The notes: a model not told the origin generated them from the letters alone. Counted from the first letter of the stretch, positions 15,738 through 25,483 are shown. The stretch is DNA of 64,000 bases from a virus (IMGVR_UViG_3300044856_000343:4194-68193); one strand, 5' to 3'. Numbers and translations are program-made.

Positions 15738-16469
15738 CTAATACCTTCCTATAATATCCATCCTATACATATCAACTATACTTACAAGATTTCCATAATG
15801 AATACAATCCTGGATAGCTTGATGATCAATAAGATCATTATTTGCTTCATTCAGATTTAATCCAGAAGTAGAAAAATATATTGTTTTACCAGTTAATTTC
15901 ATTGATGTAAATGGCAATGCTTCGTCAAGATATCTAAAATAAAACTGAGAAAACATATCTGGATTAATATCTCCAGAATTTATTTCAGACATTGATACCA
16001 TTGGAAACTGCTTCATGATTGGATGGTTTTCTATTATTTCTTTTTGATATTCGTTATTGTACAAGATAGTTGGATTGATATCTCCAGAATCCTTAAAAAG
16101 CCTAATTAACTCAACAAATTGAGTATAATATGAATAGCTCAAAGCATCTTGATACTTTGTATCTATTATTTCTTTATAGCATTCATCTAAGAATTCTTTA
16201 TCTTGATCTAAAAGATTATCATTAGAAGCTACCAATAATGGATTCTTTTCTTTACGCTTATATTCCAATCCTATTAATTCTATTTTATTAAGTTTATTCA
16301 TCTTTTCTAAATTAAAATAAGTTGGATTTGGAAATTCATTTAAACAATATCGAATAACTCCAATATCAGTATCAACTAAACATTCAAAGCTTACAAGTGG
16401 AGTTGCTTTTATCATATCAGCTCCACCTGCAAATTGCTCTGATACCCGTTTGTATTGTTCTTTATTCAT
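15738..16469 (-). CDS. Hypothetical protein
   Basis: 243-aa ORF, translationally coupled to its neighbours. Confidence 0.75.
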   Translation of the reverse strand: MNKEQYKRVSEQFAGGADMIKATPLVSFECLVDTDIGVIRYCLNEFPNPTYFNLEKMNKLNKIELIGLEYKRKEKNPLLVASNDNLLDQDKEFLDECYKEIIDTKYQDALSYSYYTQFVELIRLFKDSGDINPTILYNNEYQKEIIENHPIMKQFPMVSMSEINSGDINPDMFSQFYFRYLDEALPFTSMKLTGKTIYFSTSGLNLNEANNDLIDHQAIQDCIHYGNLVSIVDMYRMDIIGRY

Positions 16470-17238
16470 CTAACATATCCTCAATATTCTCATATGAGGT
16501 ATGGTTTGATGTTGTTGAACCAGCATTATCCAAGAAATTATTTGAACCAGAATAATTGCCATTGCCAGATCCATTATTTCTTCTTTCAATTCCAAGCTTA
16601 TCATAGATAGGGTCCATCTTCTTAAGAACTCTAGCCTGATCATATCTTGTAATATCAGCAACACTGTACGCTGCAGCTCCATTAATGAATCTAGCAAAAT
16701 CTGAAATACAATACAGAAGCTGCATAATCTCTGCATCCTCATCATATGCTTTCTGAAGTTTCATAGCTTCAATATCATCCCACTCAAGAGCATAGTTAGC
16801 CGCTACATTAAGAATGAACATATCTGAATCTAAGATATTTCCATTTCCATCAATCTTTCCAATGGTAATAAGAACTGCTTTATCTTCTGGTCTTGTATGG
16901 AATCCAATATAGCTTACTTTCTCTCCCATACCTGTATTTACACCAAATGCCTTCTTAGGATCAATATCATTTCCTTTTCTGTACTCAAGGAACTTCTTAA
17001 TCTGGTCTGTTAACAGATAAGCTTTCATTGGTGATAAGCAGATGCTGATGATAGGATCTACCTTATAATTTTCTCCATACTTACTAATCTCAAGATACAT
17101 TAATCCTGAGCGATAGTAGACATTCAGCATTCTACCATTCTCGTAATTCTTTATTCTGAATCGAGAATAATATGTATTCTCGAAAAGTCTATTGTTGCTT
17201 CCGTTACTGTTGTTATTACCATGATCTCCAATTGCCAT
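16462..17238 (-). CDS. Hypothetical protein, possibly ssDNA-binding
   Basis: Beta-rich core, G/N-rich linker and acidic tail (IEDMLDE) as in SSBs; inference only. Confidence 0.4.
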   Translation of the reverse strand: MAIGDHGNNNSNGSNNRLFENTYYSRFRIKNYENGRMLNVYYRSGLMYLEISKYGENYKVDPIISICLSPMKAYLLTDQIKKFLEYRKGNDIDPKKAFGVNTGMGEKVSYIGFHTRPEDKAVLITIGKIDGNGNILDSDMFILNVAANYALEWDDIEAMKLQKAYDEDAEIMQLLYCISDFARFINGAAAYSVADITRYDQARVLKKMDPIYDKLGIERRNNGSGNGNYSGSNNFLDNAGSTTSNHTSYENIEDMLDE

Positions 17239-17288
17239 TGTAATATCCTCCTTTAAATTTTATTAATCTTTAGACTCGATGAGTCAAT

Positions 17289-17300
17289 TATAACTTTGTT
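17289..17300 (-). promoter_or_regulatory. Late-type promoter AACA-N6-TA
   Basis: AACAAAGTTATA upstream of 17238. Confidence 0.6.
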
Positions 17301-17340
17301 GTAGTTGTTGTAAATTAGTATGTTATCAGAGAGCGAAAAT

Positions 17341-17368
17341 CCCATACCACAACTATTAGTGGTATGGG
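17341..17368 (-). terminator. Terminator after RNAP beta' gene
   Basis: CCCATACCAC-N8-GTGGTATGGG. Confidence 0.75.
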
Positions 17369-17374
17369 AGTAAA

Positions 17375-19189
17375 TTAAGCATATTTCACTTTACTTGTAT
17401 CTGTTAATTTAGTATCTGATAAAACTTTAGTTAGAGCATAGCAAGCTTGAATTACATCAGCACCAGGCTCTTTTGTAAGGCTTGCACCAAATCCAACAAA
17501 GTTCTCTTTAGAATACATGAATTTTCTTAACTCTTCATTTGCTTCTACTGTATATACACCCTTACATGTAATCTGGTCACCATCATAATCAGCTCCCATT
17601 CCACCTAAGTAAAGGTTAGATATTCTTAATGTATCTACAAAGCTGTTAGAAGTATCCATTCCTATATCTTTATCTTTGATCTTTGGATAATATGGATAGA
17701 ATTCTCCATTTACATACATTGGTAATGTTTCTTTTGTTGAAGATACTACAACTTGAGTTGTAATCTGGTTTGTATAACTATCAATTGGGAAACGTGTAAC
17801 TAATATCTGTTTATCTTTTGAAGCTTCTACAGCAGCAATATAGAATACATCACACCAAGTAAGTCTTCTATTATATACATTATCACTATCTGGATTTATA
17901 GATTGATTATTTTCTTCTGGATTATTTCCAGATCCTTTAAATCTCATATAGTAAACTTCATCAGTTCCTTCAACTGGTAATTCAACTGGAACAAATCTAT
18001 TGTTATATCCATGCAGAAATCTGTCCATTTCTCTTTTAATTCTTTCATCTGAGAAATTAACTTCTGGAGAATCTGGATATACAGATTTCATATTTCCATT
18101 CTTATCCATAACTGGGTAAGTATTAATTCCTTGAAATTCATTCTCAAAGAATCTACGAGCATGGTACATTACAAAATCTCTAAACTCTGTAATTGTAGCA
18201 TATAGTGGTACTGCAGATTTATCAAATGAAACCATAAGATCATCTACTTTTTCAGCTTTTAATTCTGGAGCAGAAATTACAAGACGAGAAGAAAAGTTTG
18301 CGGTCTTAGACATATTTGCTCTTCTTAATATACCCATCTTTCCAGACATACCAGCACCAACATCTTTTCCAAGAGCATCATTCTTATTTCCAGCAAAGAA
18401 ATCATATATATTCAGAATAATCTCCTGAACTGTTGCTTTCATAGTATCTGTAGCATCAAAGAAATAATCTTGAGTTTCTGTAAGAGCATTTGTTCTGGTT
18501 ATCAAATTATTGTATAATTTATTTACTCCACCTAATCCAACAACTCTCTTACTAGAAGATGCTGTATTTTTATCTCTATAGAATGGAGGTATTACAATAT
18601 ATTTTTTGATAAACATTCTATCTCTATTCATTTCAAGATATTTTACAGAAATATCTTTAGAAATAGATTTTGTATCTTTGAATTTAATTCTTTTAATATT
18701 CTTTCTTAAGAATTCAATTCCAGTTTCTCCATTATCCTCATCTTCTACAAACTCACCTTTTTCGTTTATTACATAATATTTGACTCCATGAACGATATTA
18801 CGCACTGCACGATCTAATCGAATCCATGTTTTATAGCATGATGGATCTAGAAACCATGAATGTAAATCTATATATCCATATATATTAGAACGCTCTTCCA
18901 TAGTATATCCGAAGATTTCATTACTTAATAATCCTCTAGGACTTGGAATATTTCCAGCACTAAAAGCTCTCGGATCTGATACTGGTTTACAATCATTTAC
19001 AGAAACAAATTTTTCTACATCCAAAATATCTAATCGTAATCTTGTTGTTACTTTTTCATATTGCTCTTCTGTCAAATAAGCATTATTTAAATAATCATTT
19101 GCTTCATCTATAAATTGTATAATATCTCCACAATGATCTTGAATCACATTGATTTCATTTACAATGTTATCTATACTTAAAATAGACAT
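17375..19189 (-). CDS. rpoC: Multisubunit RNAP beta' N-terminal half with catalytic motif (virion RNAP, phiKZ gp180-like)
   Basis: GLLSNEIFG, YGYIDL, GKMGILRR, SRLVISAP, RFPID and GADYDGD; ends shortly after the active site; late-type promoter TACA-N6-TA at 19219-19230. Confidence 0.9.
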   Translation of the reverse strand: MSILSIDNIVNEINVIQDHCGDIIQFIDEANDYLNNAYLTEEQYEKVTTRLRLDILDVEKFVSVNDCKPVSDPRAFSAGNIPSPRGLLSNEIFGYTMEERSNIYGYIDLHSWFLDPSCYKTWIRLDRAVRNIVHGVKYYVINEKGEFVEDEDNGETGIEFLRKNIKRIKFKDTKSISKDISVKYLEMNRDRMFIKKYIVIPPFYRDKNTASSSKRVVGLGGVNKLYNNLITRTNALTETQDYFFDATDTMKATVQEIILNIYDFFAGNKNDALGKDVGAGMSGKMGILRRANMSKTANFSSRLVISAPELKAEKVDDLMVSFDKSAVPLYATITEFRDFVMYHARRFFENEFQGINTYPVMDKNGNMKSVYPDSPEVNFSDERIKREMDRFLHGYNNRFVPVELPVEGTDEVYYMRFKGSGNNPEENNQSINPDSDNVYNRRLTWCDVFYIAAVEASKDKQILVTRFPIDSYTNQITTQVVVSSTKETLPMYVNGEFYPYYPKIKDKDIGMDTSNSFVDTLRISNLYLGGMGADYDGDQITCKGVYTVEANEELRKFMYSKENFVGFGASLTKEPGADVIQACYALTKVLSDTKLTDTSKVKYA

Positions 19190-19241
19190 CTAGATATCCT
19201 CCTTTTAAGATATTTAATTACTCAAATGTAAATCTAATAAA

Positions 19242-19273
19242 ATATGGGATAGTCTATATAGACTATCCCATAT
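19242..19273. terminator. Perfect 32-bp palindrome (terminator-like)
   Basis: ATATGGGATAGTCTATATAGACTATCCCATAT. Confidence 0.75.
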
Positions 19274-19276
19274 ACT

Positions 19277-19570
19277 TTACTGCAATATTACTTTAATAGC
19301 ATGATCCGTAAGAGATTCTATACCTACAGAAATTGGTCTATTGTAAATTACAATATTTCCAGACTGTATATTAGATAAAGCTAAATCTCTATCATTATTC
19401 GATTTGAATATAATAGAGAATTCGATTGAGCTGTCATTATTATTATCAACTGTAACACTACCTTTATCTTCGACTATTTGCTTTAATGCAATAAAATGAT
19501 CGAAGAAATCAACAATCATTTTTGGGTATTGAATTCCACTAATCGAATCAAAAAATTGAATTCTATTCAT
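19277..19570 (-). CDS. Hypothetical protein
   Basis: ORF track; GGAGG SD. Confidence 0.75.
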   Translation of the reverse strand: MNRIQFFDSISGIQYPKMIVDFFDHFIALKQIVEDKGSVTVDNNNDSSIEFSIIFKSNNDRDLALSNIQSGNIVIYNRPISVGIESLTDHAIKVILQ

Positions 19571-19588
19571 TTCTTAGTAACCTCCAAC

Positions 19589-19804
19589 TTAAGTCATTTC
19601 ATCCACAACTTCTTCCATAGCTGCAGCTTTCTGTTCTTCAGCAGAATTAAGAAAGTTTACATATTGCTTATAAATAGCGTGGATATATCGATTAGGCATA
19701 TTCTCCAATTCCCCAATTGTAATAGTACCCTTAAGATATTTACTTAGGTTGATTAGTTTAATGATGTATTGGTTAAAGCTCCCAGTTGATAACGGGTAAA
19801 AACC
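19589..19804 (-). CDS. -1 frame extension (69 aa after the shift), T4 gp51 / lambda gpT-like
   Basis: Not in ORF track. Open frame (GF)YPLSTGSFNQYIIKLINLSKYLKGTITIGELENMPNRYIHAIYKQY...EMT*, starting 2 codons after a TGA; no usable start before the conserved part. Confidence 0.7.
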   Translation of the reverse strand, partial: GFYPLSTGSFNQYIIKLINLSKYLKGTITIGELENMPNRYIHAIYKQYVNFLNSAEEQKAAAMEEVVDEMT

Positions 19805-21507
19805 AGCTCTTCAGCAGAAGTTCTCTGCTCCTCTGTCATAGTATGGCACTGTGGACATTCTACTGATGGATATACATAGTACATTCCAGGATTCATAGCA
19901 ATAATGTCTCTTACATATGCTTTTACTGGACCAAACTCATCAACAGATAATGTGTTGAAGATCTTCTCATATTTCTGCAGCTTAGACTGAACAGTCTTAA
20001 CAGCATTGTCTGTATACTTCTTATATCCAACTGGAATAAGTTCATGAGTTTCCTGATTGATAACGTACAGCTCATCAATATATGGAATATAATCAATGAT
20101 TGATGAATATTTACGTCTTGTAGCATCATCGAGAGAAGCTAACTCAAACACATTGTAGATTGATGGCTCTCTGAATCCAATTGCAACTGACTCACTAAGA
20201 GGAACAACCTCAGATACAAACAATCCATTTGATACTGGAGATGCTTCACTCTTGTACAGCTTGCTGAACTCTTCTTTTGCTTTACTATTCTCAAACTTAA
20301 CCATATCCATGATTTTAATATCATCAGTAAGGAAAGTTTTCTTACATCTTGTATTGATACAATCCTCTGGTAAGAAATTTGCACCATTGAAAGATGCAAT
20401 ATAAATAGCAAAGAAGTAATGGTCTACATCTCTGTATGGAGTTACCTTGAGCCACTGCTCGAAGCTTGAAGGTCTTGCAGATGCAATATGATCATATATC
20501 ATATGGAATCTTCTATTGAGGGCATCTACAGAATTTCTATCCTCGCTATACTCACGTAGCTTCTCTAATTCTGATCCAGAGAACTCTTTCACAAAAATAG
20601 TAGCCTTCTGTGTTGGTAATACCCATTTAGCAACCTTAGCTTTATTTGGCTTGAAGAATGGCATTACATTTGTTACTGGCTTTTTAACAACAGTAAATGA
20701 AGAAATATCTAATTTCTTAGATGTAGGCTTTAATCTCTCTGTAGCCATATCCTGCAACTGCTTTAAGATAGTATCATCATCAGTTTCTGCAATCTCAGAG
20801 TTATTAATCTCTTCATCATCATTATCATCGGTAGCATCTTCTACTGAATCTCCAATAGATTCTACGCCTTCCTCAACATCAAGATCGATATCTGGAGCAT
20901 CAAAAACCTCATCCTCATCATTTGAAGACTCATCTGTTTCTGTAAGAGCTGCATTGGATTGCTCAGAATATACTTCATCATTATCGGCTGCATCGATATC
21001 AAGATCATCTGTTACATCCATATCATCAATATCCATAGATGCATCATCTGAATCCTCATCAAAATCATCTGATATTAATGATCCTTTTCCTTCAGATGCT
21101 TCTGCTGATTGCTCCATACTCTTCTCATCCTTATTTGCTGCCTCAAGCTCTGCCTTCTCTTGCTGCTCTGCCATCCACTCATGATACTCACTTGTTTCTT
21201 TTTCTACATATTTGCTAAAAGCAGAATCTGGACCTTCAAGAATAGATTTAGCAAGTGCCTCTCCAGCATTCTGAGGCATATCTGCATCTTCCTCATCCTG
21301 AGGTGCAATTGTAGAAACATTTACAGATTGTCTTGGAGCTACAGTTGCTGTTTGTGGCTTTTGATTATTTTGAGTTATAATTGTTTTTGCTCTTCCAATT
21401 GTTGCTGGTTCCTGAACAGAGTCTGACTCCATAACTCCAACAGTATGATCTGGATTTGTAATATCAATATTTACTGATCCATCCTTAAGATTATCAAGTG
21501 CACTCAT
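19753..21507 (-). CDS. Baseplate hub/tail assembly chaperone (T4 gp26-like) with long acidic N-terminus
   Basis: VKEFSGSE, TPYRDVDHYFFAIY, CINTRC, IGFREPS and CPQC match the gp26-like pattern; next to a gp25-like gene. Confidence 0.65.
   Translation of the reverse strand: MSALDNLKDGSVNIDITNPDHTVGVMESDSVQEPATIGRAKTIITQNNQKPQTATVAPRQSVNVSTIAPQDEEDADMPQNAGEALAKSILEGPDSAFSKYVEKETSEYHEWMAEQQEKAELEAANKDEKSMEQSAEASEGKGSLISDDFDEDSDDASMDIDDMDVTDDLDIDAADNDEVYSEQSNAALTETDESSNDEDEVFDAPDIDLDVEEGVESIGDSVEDATDDNDDEEINNSEIAETDDDTILKQLQDMATERLKPTSKKLDISSFTVVKKPVTNVMPFFKPNKAKVAKWVLPTQKATIFVKEFSGSELEKLREYSEDRNSVDALNRRFHMIYDHIASARPSSFEQWLKVTPYRDVDHYFFAIYIASFNGANFLPEDCINTRCKKTFLTDDIKIMDMVKFENSKAKEEFSKLYKSEASPVSNGLFVSEVVPLSESVAIGFREPSIYNVFELASLDDATRRKYSSIIDYIPYIDELYVINQETHELIPVGYKKYTDNAVKTVQSKLQKYEKIFNTLSVDEFGPVKAYVRDIIAMNPGMYYVYPSVECPQCHTMTEEQRTSAEELVFTRYQLGALTNTSLN
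19798..19804 (-). other. Candidate -1 frameshift site G_GUU_UUU
   Basis: In frame 14 codons before the stop; the -1 frame opens just upstream. Confidence 0.65.
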
Positions 21508-21526
21508 TTTTATAAACCTCCTAATT

Positions 21527-21904
21527 TTAATTTGATTTTATATCTTCCAATTTTATTGGAACTGGTGCTGATTTTGACTCATATACATATGTCATATCGC
21601 CAACAGAAATTTCAATATTACATAATTTATCAGGTGTTCTGATCATAGCAATATTTACATTTTGATACATTGGTAAATATGTTTCAATTTGATTCTGTAT
21701 ACGATCTTTTAATTCTTCTAGAGTATCTTGACCGTATCGAAAGTTTTTTAATCCAATTCCCATTTCTGGATGAAGTCTATCCTGTCCTGGGTTCATAAGC
21801 ATTAATTCCATCAATCTCATAGCAATTGAATTTTTTCCTTCGACATATCTAGGGTTTTTAAAGTTATCTACTGAAAATAGATATTCTTTATTCTTTATAC
21901 TCAT
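21527..21904 (-). CDS. Baseplate wedge protein, T4 gp25/GPW-like
   Basis: LMLMNPGQDRLHPEMGIGL motif; 125 aa. Confidence 0.8.
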   Translation of the reverse strand: MSIKNKEYLFSVDNFKNPRYVEGKNSIAMRLMELMLMNPGQDRLHPEMGIGLKNFRYGQDTLEELKDRIQNQIETYLPMYQNVNIAMIRTPDKLCNIEISVGDMTYVYESKSAPVPIKLEDIKSN

Positions 21905-21926
21905 ATTGATTTCCTCCTTATCGGAT

Positions 21927-21994
21927 TACATAAATGTCTTTCTTGTAACTATTTACAAATTATTAGTTTGTGCTATACCTTTCACATCACTATA
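21927..21994. promoter_or_regulatory. Divergent pair of late-type promoters
   Basis: GACATTTATGTA (minus, 21927-21938) and CACATCACTATA (plus, 21983-21994). Confidence 0.55.
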
Positions 21995-22022
21995 ATTATC
22001 AGTAAATATAAGGAGGAAAGAA

Positions 22023-23321
22023 ATGAGTAAAAGAATTACTACATACAAATGCATGTATTGTGATAAAAGATTCAATAGATCAGATCTTGTAAACCATGTT
22101 GGTGAAGACCACGAAGATATGATTCCAGAAGATTTTACTCCATTAAGACTCGTATTTAATTATGTAAATAAAAAGCCTTTATCTTATCATGGAAAATGTA
22201 CTGAATGCGGAGGTGCTACTCCTTGGGATGAAAATAAAGGTAGATATGATAGACAATGTGGCAAGAAAGCTTGTCATGATAGATATGTAAAAAAGTTTGA
22301 AAATAATATGGTAAATAAAAGAGGAGTAAAGAGAATTACTTCTACAGAAGAGGGACAAAAGAAAATGTTGGCAAACAGAAAAATTTCAGGAACTTACACA
22401 TTCCAGGATGGTGGAAAGAAAACATATACTGGATCTTATGAATTGAAAGCTCTTGAATTCATGGATAAAGTTATGAATTTAAAATCTGCTGATATTATGG
22501 CTCCTGGTCCTACTCTTGAATATCAATTTGAAGGCAAGACCCATATGTATATTACAGATTTTTATTATCAACCATATAATCTTGTCATTGAAGTAAAAGA
22601 TGGTGGTAGTAATCCAAATAAAAGATCTATGCCAGAATATAGAGCAAAGCAGATTGAGAAAGAGAAATTCATCATCAAGAATACGAACTACAACTATCTT
22701 AGATTAACTGATAATAACTTATCTCAGTTATTATCTATCTTCTGTACTTTAAAGATGCAACTTGTTGAAAATAGTGGAGAAAGAGTTGTTAAAGTAAATG
22801 AATCTGTAACCTTAGAAGCTATGAATGCTTTATTATCTGGAAAGGTGCCTGGATTAAAAGATTCTGATGCTTATATTGTAAATTATATACAACATAGTTC
22901 TTTCAATCCTGGATGGGAACAATCATATGGAGTTACAAATAGTATTAAATTGGATAGAATCTTTGGTAAAGATATAAATGGAAATCTTGGTCAAGTTAAT
23001 CCAGATACTATTTCTAATGTAAAGATATATAAACTCCCAATTACAATTGGAGAGGTAAGTAAAATAATTTCTCCATATATTGGAAAAGAGATAGATAATA
23101 AATTTATCTATGAAGCTTTGATTGGTAAGAAATTATATACTTATGATCAAATTGCTTGCGATAATTTACCTTGTGTAAAATCATTAACAGAAGACTGCTC
23201 AGATATATATTCAGAATTTACAAACTATTTACTGTATGGACAATCTAAAGTTCAACTTGAGCAAAGTTTGTATAATATTGAATCTGAATTAAGTCAGATT
23301 AAGGAGGAAATATATGGATAA
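22023..23321 (+). CDS. Zn-finger + TnsA-like PD-(D/E)xK nuclease (head-completion nuclease-like) with C-terminal extra domain
   Basis: C2H2 CMYC...HVGEDH; CTECG; YTGSYELK; YITDFY...LVIEVKDG. Confidence 0.7.
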   Translation: MSKRITTYKCMYCDKRFNRSDLVNHVGEDHEDMIPEDFTPLRLVFNYVNKKPLSYHGKCTECGGATPWDENKGRYDRQCGKKACHDRYVKKFENNMVNKRGVKRITSTEEGQKKMLANRKISGTYTFQDGGKKTYTGSYELKALEFMDKVMNLKSADIMAPGPTLEYQFEGKTHMYITDFYYQPYNLVIEVKDGGSNPNKRSMPEYRAKQIEKEKFIIKNTNYNYLRLTDNNLSQLLSIFCTLKMQLVENSGERVVKVNESVTLEAMNALLSGKVPGLKDSDAYIVNYIQHSSFNPGWEQSYGVTNSIKLDRIFGKDINGNLGQVNPDTISNVKIYKLPITIGEVSKIISPYIGKEIDNKFIYEALIGKKLYTYDQIACDNLPCVKSLTEDCSDIYSEFTNYLLYGQSKVQLEQSLYNIESELSQIKEEIYG

Positions 23322-24966
23322 GTTTAATGTAATCATTCCAACTGCAGATCTTGATGAATTAAATATAGATATGGCATCTTGGTGTTCTCTTCCTTATAAT
23401 ATGAGAATGAGATCTGATGAAGAATGTATTCGTGCATATGGAATGACAAATGCAGAATTATATAATAGAATCAAAGAAAAAATTCTATTAGCAAACGATG
23501 TTGTTAATAGAAATAAAGATAATCTTATTATTTCTAATGAAGCAATTGTAGCTTCTGATAACGAAAATTCTTGGACTAATTCTGCATTAATAGATAAATC
23601 ATTAGAACTGCAGAAATCTCCTTATATCGTATTAGTAGATCCTATACTTAATAATGTAGAAGCAGTTACAGATCGTTATATTAAGTATATGCTTTTGAAT
23701 AGTAAGAATAGATTAATTTCTAATAATTACTCTCTAATGATATATGGATACAATGTACCAAATATGTATTCTATCGTTTTAGATACAATTTCTCAACAGA
23801 AGCATGAATCTGAATTAGATTCTGATAATATTAAAACTGATACTTCAAACTCTGTTATGGAGCATTTTTCTGATTATGCAAATCAGATGATTATTTCTGA
23901 AAATAGTACCAATATTATTAAAATGAAATTGGATGCATTGAGTCCAGATTTAACAACAGAAGCTACAAGTATCTACAATAATATTATTACAGAAGCAGAT
24001 CAATTTGAACTATTTGATGCTTATAATCTTCCAGAAACTCCTTGGTTTTGTTATAATGAAATGAGTAATTTCGATTTACCAAAAACAGGATATATCAAGG
24101 CAGTTAAAGAAGCAATGGATGCTTATAAAAAAGATAACTCAGAAGCTAATTGCAATGCTGTATTATCATTAGGATGGAATCCTAGTGTATCTGTAAACGA
24201 GAATAGTATTAAATATGCAAAGTTGCGACAATTAGATTTCTTAAATAATAATGCTCCTAGAGTAATAAATATTTCAGAAATAAATACAACTTGTGTAGAT
24301 AATCCTGCTGTTGTTCCTCAGCTCTTTTTCAATCTTTATATTGTATTGAATAGATCCATGATTTCAGAAAGTACAATTTATAATAAATTTGGTATTGCTT
24401 TTTCAAGTAAAATGGATCAAATATATACAGTAAATATTGAAGATAATTGTTGTTTGGGATTTAGTTTAGAGCAATTATCTAATTACAATGATATTGATAT
24501 TATTCTGATAAAAGTAGATAAGCAAGTATACACAGCTTTAGCTACTTTCATTGCTTCTCATAAAGATATAAATAAGTCTGATATAAAGATTAAATCTCTT
24601 TATACTGTACTTGCAAATACTAAGAATAAATATGATCCAGCTTCTGCTAGATTATATTATCTTAAAATACTTGATATCATTAAAGAATTAATTTCTTATA
24701 ATAATGATATGGAGGATTATGCTGTATCTTATGGTAAGAATGTGTATCTCTATAAGATATATTCTGGATTTGCTGCTGAATATAAAGAAGATAATATCTT
24801 GAAAATACTTTCAATTTTAAATTGTAAAGAATATAGAGAGAAATTTATTATTTCTAATTGTCAGAATTATAACGTTACTGGTAATGAGAATTCAGCAAAA
24901 GAGATCTATAAAGAGATGCTTTCTATCTATACACCATCTAAAGTTATTATGAGTATTTCAGATTAA
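23314..24966 (+). CDS. Probable virion protein
   Basis: 550-aa ORF in a late operon; several hxE(S/A/N) motifs. Confidence 0.55.
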   Translation: MDKFNVIIPTADLDELNIDMASWCSLPYNMRMRSDEECIRAYGMTNAELYNRIKEKILLANDVVNRNKDNLIISNEAIVASDNENSWTNSALIDKSLELQKSPYIVLVDPILNNVEAVTDRYIKYMLLNSKNRLISNNYSLMIYGYNVPNMYSIVLDTISQQKHESELDSDNIKTDTSNSVMEHFSDYANQMIISENSTNIIKMKLDALSPDLTTEATSIYNNIITEADQFELFDAYNLPETPWFCYNEMSNFDLPKTGYIKAVKEAMDAYKKDNSEANCNAVLSLGWNPSVSVNENSIKYAKLRQLDFLNNNAPRVINISEINTTCVDNPAVVPQLFFNLYIVLNRSMISESTIYNKFGIAFSSKMDQIYTVNIEDNCCLGFSLEQLSNYNDIDIILIKVDKQVYTALATFIASHKDINKSDIKIKSLYTVLANTKNKYDPASARLYYLKILDIIKELISYNNDMEDYAVSYGKNVYLYKIYSGFAAEYKEDNILKILSILNCKEYREKFIISNCQNYNVTGNENSAKEIYKEMLSIYTPSKVIMSISD

Positions 24967-24974
24967 ATATTTTC

Positions 24975-25001
24975 GAGAAGAGGTCTTATAGATCTCTTCT
25001 C
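24975..25001 (+). terminator. Terminator
   Basis: GAGAAGAGGTC-TTATA-GATCTCTTCTC. Confidence 0.7.
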
Positions 25002-25017
25002 TATATTTTATTTCATT

Positions 25018-25087
25018 CATATATTATAAATATGAATTAAAAGGAGGATAAATCTATGAATAACTGATAAAACTGAACATTGAATTA
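25018..25087 (+). promoter_or_regulatory. Tandem early (25018-25030) and late (25076-25087) promoters flanking a 3-codon minigene
   Basis: CATATATTATAAA; AAGGAGG-N8-ATG AAT AAC TGA TAA; AACATTGAATTA. Confidence 0.55.
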
Positions 25088-25150
25088 TGTTAGAAAATTA
25101 ATAAAGTAGAATAATATCTACTTTCAAATAAAAGATTGGAGGACAAAAAT

Positions 25151-25483
25151 ATGTCACAGTTTGCTTTAATTTTTAGTACTATTTCATCAGATATTGATAT
25201 GGTAGCAAGAAGAAAATGCTGGGGTGATGATTTCATTTATGTTGTGCCAGCTGGAAAATTTGCTCCATATACACCAACAGCTCACCATCTTGTAAATGAT
25301 GAGGGATTAGTTAATTATTTACCTTATATTGCTCGATTTGATGCTACAACTAAATCGGTATCTCCTTGGACACCTTCTAATGAAGATTTGTTTGCATTAG
25401 ATTGGACATTTGCAACTTTTAATAAAGAAAAGGCTGCAACTTTAAAAGGAGATAATATTGTAAAAGGAGAATCATCAAAATGA
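25151..25483 (+). CDS. tad2: DUF2829 / Tad2-like protein (putative immune-signal sponge)
   Basis: VARRKCW...FIYVVP...YLPYIA...PWTPSNEDLFALDW matches the DUF2829 pattern (ARxGWNG...PYI...PWxxSQxDxLAxDW); start moved to MSQF (GGAGG SD). Confidence 0.75.
   Translation: MSQFALIFSTISSDIDMVARRKCWGDDFIYVVPAGKFAPYTPTAHHLVNDEGLVNYLPYIARFDATTKSVSPWTPSNEDLFALDWTFATFNKEKAATLKGDNIVKGESSK

Noticed and set aside
17375-19189. Assignment as non-virion RNAP beta', or presence of introns/inteins
   Set aside because: It spans the beta' N-terminus through DYDGD (virion-type split) and has a late promoter. No intron, intein or homing endonuclease is visible here or in 57817-62718.
20516-21426. Plus-strand ORFs (222 aa, 105 aa)
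   Set aside because: Antisense shadows of the acidic gp26-like gene; Ser-rich, no SD.
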